Assembly (NCBI RefSeq): GCF_026210795.1
Contig: NC_089435.1
Location: 2,108,001 to 2,172,000, forward strand
Reading direction: 5' to 3'
Length of the DNA: 64,000 nt
Source of the DNA: Rhizophagus irregularis
Lineage: Eukaryota
Shown here: positions 42,348-52,561 of the stretch, piece by piece
Layout: the number at the start of each line of letters is the position of its first letter
Position numbering within the stretch: position 1 is the first letter of the stretch
Notes under the pieces: model-generated
Told to the model about the DNA's origin: nothing
What the model saw: the letters and a program-made list of their open reading frames with translations, nothing else
Database searches by the model: none
Made by a program: the position numbers and the translations under genes

Positions 42348-42621
42348 TTAAAAAAAATTCTGTTTGCTTATTCTTTTAAACGCATAAGAGAAAGAAAAGA
42401 AACAGAAAAAGAAAAGAAACACCTTAAAATATGGAAGAACTCTAGAGCTATGACCTCAAACACCAATAGGCAAACTCAGAGAGATGCTATGGCTGACCAG
42501 CCGGAAGACAGGGGCATATGCTATGGGTTTATCACGTTTCCAATAAACCAAGGTCGTCTACAGTCACATTATGTATATTATACTATACAATGGTCTAGAA
42601 AGTTCAACCATCTTCATTATA

Positions 42622-43340
42622 CTGGTGACCAGATGTAAAACCTAGACATCACCAGAAATAATGGGCGTTTTTACTAATAAAACTGCAAAACAAACTCCTT
42701 TTGTACGAGAGAGATACCTCGTTACGCGTGACGACCAGATGTAAAACCTAGACATCGTCAGGAAATGGGCGTTTTTACTAATAAAACTGCAAAACAAACT
42801 CTTTTTATACGAGAGAGTACCTCATTACGCGTGACGACCAGATGTAAAACCTAGACATCGTCAGGAAATGGGCGTTTTTACTAATAAAACTGCAAAACAA
42901 ACTCCTTTTGTACGAGAGAGATACCTCGTTACGCAGATGTAAAACCTAGACATCGTCAGGAAATGGGCGTTTTTACTAATAAAACTGCAAAACAAACTCT
43001 TTTTGTACGAGAGAGATACCTCGGTATAAAAAAAGAGACCTCGTTGTAAAAAAAAGAGACCTTGTAAAAAAAAGAGACCTCGTTGTAAAAAAAAAGAGAC
43101 CTTGTTATAAAAGAAAATGTCATTATAAAAGTAAAAGAAAGATATTTAAAATATAAAAAACTTCGTTATAAAAGTAAAAAAAAATATAAGGTCGTTATAA
43201 AAGTAAAAAAAATATAAGGTCGTTAAAAAAAACATAAGGTCGTTAAAAAAAAAATATAAGGTCGTTAAAAAAAAATATTTAAGGTCGTTAAAAAAAAATA
43301 TAAGGTTAAAAAAAAAATATAAGGTCGTTAAAAAAAAAGT
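42622..43340. repeat. Four ~95-106-bp tandem hairpin-containing units, then short A-tailed units (GAGACCTCGTTGTAn, AAGGTCGTTAn)
   Basis: Units start at 42627, 42733, 42836 and about 42934; six AAGGTCGTTA copies between 43188 and 43330. Confidence 0.9.
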
Positions 43341-44169
43341 GCAAAAAGTGGTTTATTTATAAAAAAAAATAATCAGTGGGTTATAAGAATACGCTGATTT
43401 TATATTTGGACAGATTGATTGATTGATTTGATTAAAGGAGTATTTGGCTGATCCGCAGGACTGGCCTTCAATTGTATGTTGCGTAACAATTTTTAAAAAG
43501 TTATTCAAAATATGAGTAACTCAGAGACGTATCGGTCGTATCGCGCAATTTATCAAATATCAATATCAGCAGTTGCATCATGCACCATGACTAAATCAAG
43601 ACCTAGGCACCTAGCACTTTTAAATAATATACGGAAAAATGATTACAATAAGCGTAATAAAGGTCTAATACTTCAATTTTAAATATGTGTATAAAGTAAC
43701 GTGCGAGTTACACCTATGTTTAAAATTGCAATGACTCACTACACGATCTCCAAATAAATCAATAATTGTCATTGCGTAACAAATTATATGTGGTTTAGGC
43801 GGTAGTATGTTCTTGTGTATTTGTTACGGTATTGTGCTTTATTGCTTTTTAGGTATGAAACTTTAACCGGTATCAGGTATGCTTTCGATCTTACTAAACT
43901 TCTTTTTTAATTTAATTACCATTAAAAAGTTAGAATTTTTTTTTTATAAAATTACTGTAGTATTAATTTCGTCTATAATATAACTAATCATACCCACTCA
44001 AAGGTTATTCATATTCCTATGGTATTTCGGTACGATTGGCATCGTACCCATCGTACCTGTACATAATTAATAATACCTTACTTATTATATTATATTATAT
44101 CGTACCATACTACTTTACTATATACTCATGTGGTTTACGCATTCTTCATAATAAAATGTCACAAATTAG

Positions 44170-45148
44170 TTTTGAAATGAGGCCGCTGCGGTAAATTTTC
44201 TCATCAGATTCATTGATACAATGCCTGAGCAATCTTTCGATTTCATCAAGAAATCTGCTCTTTCCAGTTCCAGGTACACCGGCTAAGACGGAGATTGAAT
44301 GAAAGTAATCCACATTGCGATGTTCAAATCGCCTCTTAATCCCAAATATCGGTTTGCTACCATTCCAGAGGGTATCGATGGGGTCTTTTCGTTGATGAAG
44401 TTCAAAGTCTTTACCAAAGGTTTCAATTCAATTTTAGCCTGAGGAGCTAAGAAACACATAATTGAAAAGATAACAAAGCTAAAAGACATACTCAGTTTTT
44501 ACCACGTCTGAATTGTTGTATCCACTTGTAGATAGAAGTAACATCGTTTCAGTTAGGAACTAGAACCACTAATAAATAAGAGACTTGTTAGAGTTTTTTT
44601 CACCATAATCCCGCCACTGGTAAGTGTCTTCCAATGTTTTACCTCTCGAACTAGATATTTGCATCGAATTTGGTCTGATTGCTTTTTTTTTTCGCGTTAA
44701 AGCAGGTCCCTCCCAGTAAGGCGTTCCACAAGGTATCTGTAGCTAAATAACTTCGAGCATCTATTGGTTTGAAACGGTGTCTAATGTGGATGTTAGATAC
44801 TACAAAATTTTTAGTATCTAATTCATCTTTAAAATAGCCTTTTAAACGGTTTATTTCTTTTCTATGGAGTTTTTGTACAATGTACAGTATTATTCGGGTA
44901 GAAACACTTTTTATATCTTTTTTCTTGACATTAATTCTCCAAAGTATCATATCGCTAGTATTTTTAGAATCTTTCTTATCACTAAGAAATTCCCTGAGAA
45001 GTGCAACGGTCACTGTTCAACGGTGAATAATTTTAAAGGATATTTTTAATTTACCAAACTCGACGGAACTTCCATTTTCATTATTATAAATGGGAATTGG
45101 AATTAAACTATCAGTGTTTAGAAATAAACAATTAAATAATGCTTCCAT
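44170..45148 (-). pseudogene. Crinkler (CRN)-type N-terminal domain plus P-loop NTPase, degraded
   Basis: MEALFNCLFL... start, TVALLREFL...ILWRINV...IHI CRN-like signature; a frame absent from the ORF track reads DPIDTLWNG...RF...VLAGVPGTGKSRFLDE (Walker A at 44280-44257). Confidence 0.65.
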
Positions 45149-47928
45149 TCCAGTGAGAAGTAGTTGCAAATCTATAGCAACTACACAGATTTCACATATT
45201 TATTACAATATATTTTTCAGATTCTTTTGAACTATTTATTAATTATTTACTTTGATACAAATTTTGTATAATAGTTAAATTTCTTATAAATAATCGGAAA
45301 ATTTATAAATAATTAAATTTATTTAAGTAAGATGATACATTTATTTAAAATAAAAAAAATTTGTCAATGTGAGACGACTGAGACGTCAGAATGGTCGTAC
45401 TATATATGATGATGTAAATCTCCCAAACATAATATCCATTTTCACTAAATTGTTTTGCATTTATTCCTTTACTAAAAAAACCTTTTATTTCAATCTTTCA
45501 TAATTTTGTAATCCCATTCTAAAAACTACATCTCCATATTCTGTACCGGATTTTTTATCACAAAATTTGCTTTCTACTAAACAAAAAAAACACTCATTGT
45601 TGTCACCATTTGAGAAGAAAAAATATTTCGAACTAAAAAAAGAAAACATTATTGAACAATAAAAAGTCAAATTCATATCATTATAAAAAAAAATTCGTCT
45701 TGTTTAAAAACTAGCGATTTATTTGGTTACAGCACGATTTCCCAACAAATGATTTCTCGACAAAACACTTGCCTTTACAAAAGTTTGGCCAGAGGTATAC
45801 AGAGTTATGTACGAACATATGATCAAACGGCCAGCGTTAGGCTGTCTTCGTAAGCGATTTATATAGTTTATATGGCACGATTTCATTTATTATAATTATA
45901 AATTAATAATATTTATAAACTAAAAAAAAACAATTATATAAAAGGGAAAGAATCAAATTTCCTTTCATAAATTTTACATTATGTTTTATCATAAAACAAG
46001 TTCAAAATAAATTATATTTCATATATTTTACATTTTAAAGTCCTAACTCCCCTTTAAACATGAACTCTCGTTTTTCTTATATTTTTAATAATTATTAGTT
46101 ATAGATTTAAATAAATATTTTTTTTATATGATAAATGATTAAAAATTCATAACAAAAATTAAAAGTAGCAGTGCTTATACACAGTGTATCTTAATTTTAT
46201 TGAAACAAGAGGTTATTTAGAAATTTATACTATATTTATCTATATTTACGAATACATTTTGCATTAGCTTATTAAAACCATTATCTCATTAAATATTAAA
46301 TTAGTAAAAAAATTATTTATTTTTTTAATAATAGTTATTCACAGGACCGATATAGCCCCACATCCAATAAGTGATCATGCATTAATTAATAACATCATAA
46401 ATAAGTTTTATTTAACTTTCATTTTTATGCTTTTTTTAATCCACTATTCCACTTTATAAGCTTTATTTAAACTTTTCCTACAAAATATTCATTTACGCCA
46501 TATTTTTTTACTCCACTTTATTATATCAATCATATGTTATTGTTATACCTAATAAAAATATCGGTCTATGCCAAATATAGAATATACATAAGACGCATAG
46601 TCACGTTTTCTTTTTAAATTAGGTTAGAATCAAACGAACGATTCGTTCACTCTAACCAGATATAGAATATAGACATGCATGTGTGATATATTATATTAGA
46701 TATGTTTCAACTTGACAAAAAAATGTCGAATTATACCATATTTCTAAAATAAGCTTAAATTCTCATACCGTACGTACTTCCGCATTTAGATATATTAATG
46801 TGAACGATAACTCTCATTATATATAAATCGAATAGCAAAAAAAAAATCGCGTAGATCAAACTTTATAATCAATCGGACCCAAGTAATTTTAAGCGAATCA
46901 CTGGACCGCACAGTCCGATGTTCCGGACCCAAATTCACATGATTGGACACCGTAAGGTATAACAAGTATTAAACATTTTAGAGCTTTACTACCGTCTACC
47001 TCCCATTTTTTAGGCTGCGCATTAATAATATTATAGAACTTTTATATGAATATTTACGTTATAAATCATTCTTTTTTACACATATTAATGTTTGAGTAAT
47101 CAATAAACTGGACTTTAATTAGCAAAGATCAATTATTAATACTAAGCACTAAATAGAATTAAACTGCGTGGCAATTAACACAAACTTTTTGTCTTTACAA
47201 TATGAAGTTTGTAAATATCCTGCGGCTAACCATATGATATTAAACGTGAGCCATTTTTGTTAGTCAATTAAATTGAATTATATAAAAAAATAATTTTTGG
47301 AATATAATTCGACAGGACATATAAATTATTTTTATCACTTTTGTCACCTAACAGTATAATATTAACAATAATTTTATAAATGTTGCATCAACTAATTTTT
47401 CAAAGACAATTTAATCTTATATTATTCATATTTAAAGAAAAGTTAGAAACCCACATAAAAGGATACGTCCAGGAATTAGATGATTGATTGACTGTACTTA
47501 CGAACACGATTGGATAAATTCACATTATACAGTCATTTAAAATAACTTGAAGTGACGTCGAGTAATAAATTAATTTACAGAAAATTGTCAAAACATTATT
47601 TAATATTCGTAATCTGTTAATACAAATTAAAAAAGAGCGTCCCGAAAATTTGCTCATAAATAAAAAATTATTCATTGATCATCAGGAGAGGAGATAATTG
47701 AATATTATATTAAGGTCCTCTAATAACTAAAGTGAGTTTGTTTAGAAATAAAAAAAAATTTTTGTTTATGTGTTAATTTTTTCATTACGCTAGTTAATAC
47801 AAGCAGCATGATAAAATAACACATTTCCACCAATTTCTCCAATTATCTTCGTATTTGAAACTTTTTAAATAGAAATAAAATATAAAAGAAATAAATAAAA
47901 AAAAAATAATAATAAACTGTAAACAATA

Positions 47929-49413
47929 TTATCTTATAGCTTGAAATACTTCATATTCTTCCACAAAAAAATTATCACTAGTTCCTCTGATTCGCTTCTC
48001 ATAAGCAGTATTCGAAGATTTACCAATCATTTCAGCTATAAAAAGATCATTAATACCAAATGATGGACCAAAATTATAATAGTATAATATAGCACAACTT
48101 TCATTTTTTACGCGACTTAAAATATTATTTTCAATATTATCATTATTCTTAAAAGAGAATATAAAACTATCTTTAGTGCTGTAAGTTACACCTTCAGATT
48201 CATTAGATTCATCAAGTTCCCATGCAATTGGATTATATCCTCCAAGAATTTCATTACTATCTTTCACTTTAATAATTGTTATGGTATGAGATTGATTATC
48301 ACAGATTTCATGAAATTTTTCAGGTGTAAATCCATCCCGAGATCCACGAAGTAATAATTTAAATTTGTACGCATTTTTTATCTCATCCGTAATTTCTAAT
48401 TTATCAATCCATTTTGAGATTAATTCAGAATGTTGAATTGTAATGATTTCGGAATCAATATTAATTTCTTTAGTAGTCGTACAAGGTTTTGAATCTTTAA
48501 TTGGTTGATTATCAAGATTCAAAAAATATTTTAATAAATCTTCATATAATAATTCCTTTGGTAAAACTTTTCTGTAAGGTAATACTTTGTCAGAAAATTC
48601 TTTAGAAGTTAAATTATGAAATTTAATAAATGGAATACATTGGCGAATATTATTTTTTAAAGTTTTGAAATCTTCTTTTGAAAAATTTGTAATATCAGAA
48701 GGAAGTTCTGGATTTTGAGTAAGTCCCCATTTAAGCACATATTCCCATACTTGAATTTCGCTCATTTGAAGATTATCACTTTGAATAAGTGAGACCAAAA
48801 GTTTTTCCGGAATCGAAGAAAAATTTAGAGAATTGAATATATTATCTGGCTTTTTAGTTATTAAATTAGTACAAAATTTTTGAAGTTCCAAGAAAGAATC
48901 GTTCTTAAAACTCGTTTGATATATCAAATTAAAATTTTGTGCCATCCAATTTGCTTTAGTTTTAACCAAAAAAGATTGTATATAAGTGATTAATTCTTGA
49001 AGCCCAAGTTCATCTCCAGTGACCAATATCTTAATTATATCTGAAGCATCATATTCATTTAAGGAAATTTTTCCACCATAAATATATCTTAAAATAAAAA
49101 ACGTTAATTTAATATTTTATTATATAATCATATATTTTAATTCTTAATTTTCTTACCTTAATACTATTTCAAAAATTTCAGGTAAAATATTTGGTAACTT
49201 TATATGTACCAAATTTTCATCATTATTTTTTTTATTGGTTGTCAAAACTCTTCGTAAATAAGTAGAACGATAATGTAAAATAACCATATGAGCATGAAAT
49301 ATCTTTATATAAGGATCATTACCAACTTCAATAGTAATATCATAATATTCATTATCATTTAAAATTTCAAGTAAATTTTGAGATAATTTCGGCAAAAATT
49401 TATTGTCATCCAT
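47929..49413 (-). CDS. BTB-BACK-TLDc protein, copy 5 (exons 49413-49157 and 49087-47929)
   Basis: Same two-exon structure; closest to copy 4. Confidence 0.92.
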
Positions 49414-49484
49414 GATTTATAAATTAAAAGAAGAGAAAGAAGTTAACTATAATCTTGTTGTACGATTGACTTTATATAATTGGT

Positions 49485-49501
49485 GCTGTAGCTTGTTGAT
49501 C
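49485..49501 (-). promoter_or_regulatory. Conserved upstream motif GATCAACAAGCTRCAGY shortly 5' of a TATA-like box; also at 444-460, 8215-8231, 35783-35799, 40738-40754 and partly at 50691-50703
   Basis: Present about 70-95 nt upstream of every BTB ATG, while sequence further upstream diverges. Confidence 0.65.
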
Positions 49502-49760
49502 TCATGTGATGCTGGAATTGCTGGATACATGTATTTTGTGTTACTTGTGTGACAAAATTGAAATTAGTCGTTTAGCTCGGCAATCAAATTTAGTATTAAC
49601 CATTTTTAGAGCTTTGCTAGCATTTTTTGGGCTGCGCATTAGAATATTACGTTATAAATCATTCTTTTTTACACACATTAATGTTTGAGACATAAAAGGA
49701 TACGTCCAGGAATTAGGTGATTGATTGCACTTACGAACACGATCGGATAAATTCTCATTA

Positions 49761-50192
49761 CCGTATTTTGCGGTGGGCGTCCTTACTCCTTAGTATAGTA
49801 GGGGTGTACAATATTAACGTACAAACTGGCCCGAGTTTATGTGATAGCGTTAACGTTAACTCCGGCCAGTTCGTACATTAATATCATACACCACACTGTG
49901 TGGATTCCTTAATGTACAGTAGTGGTGGTGTACATTATTAATGTACGAACTGGCCAAAGTTAACGTTAACGCTATCACGTGCAAGGGCATGACTCCTAAA
50001 CTCGGGCCAGTTTGTACGTTAATATTGTACACCCTCACTGTACGTTAAGGAACCTCCCCACTGTGTATTAAGGAATCCCATTTTACGGTTAGTAAGCACC
50101 CCGAAAATAAGCACCCCGGCCAGAATTATGGAGATTTTGGCCAGAATTATACGGTATTAAATGCAAAAAAGGTTATATACCGCAAAATACGG
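49761..50192. mobile_element. pogo/Tc1-type MITE with TA TSD
   Basis: TA|CCGTATTTTGCGGT ... ACCGCAAAATACGG|TA; empty site visible in the paralogous block at about 47510-47545. Confidence 0.88.
49775..50079. mobile_element. Mutator-like palindromic MITE nested in the left TIR of the pogo MITE
   Basis: GGGCGTCCTTA / TAAGGAATCCC ends; 10-bp TSD ATTTTGCGGT / ATTTTACGGT; long internal inverted repeat GGGTGTACAATATTAACGTACAAACTGGCCCGAGTTTA. Confidence 0.75.
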
Positions 50193-50559
50193 TATATGGT
50201 TCATTTAAAACAACTTGTGACGTCGAGTAATAAATTAATTTACAGAAAATTGCAAAACATTATTTGATATTCGTAATTTGTTAATTACAAAATATAGAGA
50301 ACGTCACGAAAATTCGCTCATAAAAATATAAAAAATTATTTATTGTTCTTCAAGAGATAATTGAATTTATATAATTAAGATCCTCTAACAACTAAAGTGG
50401 GTTTGCTTGGAAATAAAAAAAATTCTGGTTATGTGTTAATTTTTTCATTACACTAGTTAATATAACCAGCATGATAAAATAACACATTTTCACCAATTCT
50501 CCAATTATTTTCGTGTTTGAAACTTTTTAAATATAAAAAATAATAAACTGTAAACGACA

Positions 50560-51075
50560 TTCACCAACATTTCTGGTTATAGATAAATGATGGACCAAAT
50601 TATAATAGTACAACCTTCATATTTTTCTATCATAATATTCATTGTCATTTAAAATTTCAAGTAAATTTCGATAAAAGTTTATTATCATTCCAGCCTGTTG
50701 ATCATCACGTACATATTAAAATTGCAGCCAAAAACACCAGATAAAGTGTGTTATTTGTGAAAAATTCTACTAAATCAAATATTAATATATATATTTACAA
50801 AATTAATAATTTATTCAAGAAGATATCCTTAAGTTTAATATATAATTAATTTGGTAAATAATATTGTATATTTAAATTTTACAATATCATCAATTAGAAG
50901 TATCATGTTTGCAACCTTCTCGAAAAGGTTTCATTCATACAGATTCAGAAGTTATTCCTGACAAATACAGTATATTTAAGTTAAATACACACAAAAAGAT
51001 ATAACACTTCTTTCTTCAATACACTATAAATAAGGAGAACGATAATATAAAATAATCGTATAACACGAAATAACT
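50560..51075 (-). pseudogene. Collapsed BTB-TLDc relic(s)
   Basis: Within 150 nt: promoter motif, DNKLLS.., LLEILNDNEYYD and the TLDc GPSF segment; a second BTB fragment near 51035-51075; 3' flank duplicated from copy 5. Confidence 0.6.
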
Positions 51076-51171
51076 TTATTTAAGAGATATATCGAGTCAA
51101 GTAAAAATTCAACTAGTTTTAATCAACTAAAATAACAAAAAAATTAATTATTCATGTTTATCGTTTGTTAA

Positions 51172-51332
51172 TGTTGTGCCCCAAATCTCAATATGCCCCA
51201 AATTGACGATAATCATCGATGATTACTATATGTGAAAGGTAATGCTTTGAAAATTCTTAAGGCATTATAAAGATGGGCCGATAATTTAGGCCGATCGTTG
51301 ATTTGGGGCAATCGTCAACTTGGGGCACAACA
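51172..51332. mobile_element. Small MITE flanked by TTAA
   Basis: TTAA|TGTTGTGCCCCAA ... TTGGGGCACAACA|TTAA, with a second internal GCCCCAAAT/ATTTGGGGC inverted pair. Confidence 0.75.
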
Positions 51333-51745
51333 TTAATTTTGTTTATCGAAATCATCGAAATCATTAATTTCATCAAAATGATGGTAATTTACCAAACATT
51401 ATGCCAATATATTGTAAATCATAAATTTTTAAATTTTTCGGTATTATATTTTATACGAAAATATAAATTCCTTTTCTAGCGAAAACTATATTTATTAGAG
51501 TATTACATATGCAAAAAAGTGAGAACGACGTATATCTTTCGTAATATATAAACAAAACGCAAAAAAGGATAAATTAAGTAATGATCGGCGTGATGTCGAT
51601 CTGTTTACATACGGTCAACAAACTCGGACTCCAGAATTATTTTTTTTTACTTCTTCCTATTTACAACTAAATTTTTTTTTTTCAAAATATTTTGAACAAA
51701 TACTTTTTTAAAAAAGTCTATATATATATTTATTTAAATTTCAAT

Positions 51746-52561
51746 ATGTCATCGGGAAGAAGTAATAAGTCATATTATATTCATTATTATAATCATAGGG
51801 AAGACCCGAATATTCCATTTCCAAATATTGTTTACCCAAATCCTCCACCACCACCATTAATTAATAAATATTGTGATTGTAGAATTATGAGTATTAGAAA
51901 ACAAGTAAAATCTGGAAGAAATATGGGAAGATTATTTTATAGTTGTAGTAAATTTGGAACATCCATGCATGATGATAGATGTAATTTCTTTTGTTGGGAG
52001 GAACCAAGAATTATTAAAACTCCACTTAAATATTCGAAAAGAAAAAGATCTTTAAATAATCCTTTTTCTAAAAAATCAAAAGAAGATAATTATTCTAATA
52101 CAGAAATTACATCATCCCAACATTTATCAACGCAAACACTTCCTCAATTACGTAAAGAAAATAATACTCATACCACACCATTACGACCTTTACCGACGCA
52201 AACTACTCTTACTCAAATATTTAATTCTAGCAAATCTAATCGAAATTATGAAATTTCATCTACACCTATTTTGGTTGATAAAAAAGTTGATCAAGTACAA
52301 CAAAGTAATGAAAGAATACAAGATATTGATAATGATACTTGTAATTATGTTAAATCTTTGGAAAAGAAACTTGAAGAGATTAAAGGGGAATTGGATAAAA
52401 CAAAATTGGAATATAATGAATTGGAGAATTCAAATAAAATTCTAAAAAGGAAATTACGAGATGAAGAAGAGAGAAATGAATCTTTGATTAAATCGAACAA
52501 GAGATTGAGAAAGGATTTAGATGAAAACAAAAAAAATATTAAGAGTTATACAAAAGGATAA
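51746..52561 (+). CDS. GRF-type zinc finger plus C-terminal coiled-coil protein
   Basis: CDC...VKSGRNMGRLFYSC...CNFFCWEE zf-GRF signature; heptad-rich C-terminus; first ATG at 51746. Confidence 0.8.
   Translation: MSSGRSNKSYYIHYYNHREDPNIPFPNIVYPNPPPPPLINKYCDCRIMSIRKQVKSGRNMGRLFYSCSKFGTSMHDDRCNFFCWEEPRIIKTPLKYSKRKRSLNNPFSKKSKEDNYSNTEITSSQHLSTQTLPQLRKENNTHTTPLRPLPTQTTLTQIFNSSKSNRNYEISSTPILVDKKVDQVQQSNERIQDIDNDTCNYVKSLEKKLEEIKGELDKTKLEYNELENSNKILKRKLRDEEERNESLIKSNKRLRKDLDENKKNIKSYTKG

Noticed and set aside
42430..42612. Telomerase RNA or 28S rRNA fragment (GTAGACGACC)
   Set aside because: No CCCTAA-type template, and the rRNA similarity is limited to about 10 nt
42622..43023. Hammerhead ribozyme in the ~100-bp repeats (CTGACGA on minus; CTGGTGA...GAAA on plus)
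   Set aside because: The minus strand has no GAAA after a stem II, and the plus-strand candidate lacks stem I and has an altered core; it reads as a plain long hairpin
42622..43340. CRISPR-like array
   Set aside because: The units are repeated in full with no unique spacers, there are no cas genes, and the context is eukaryotic
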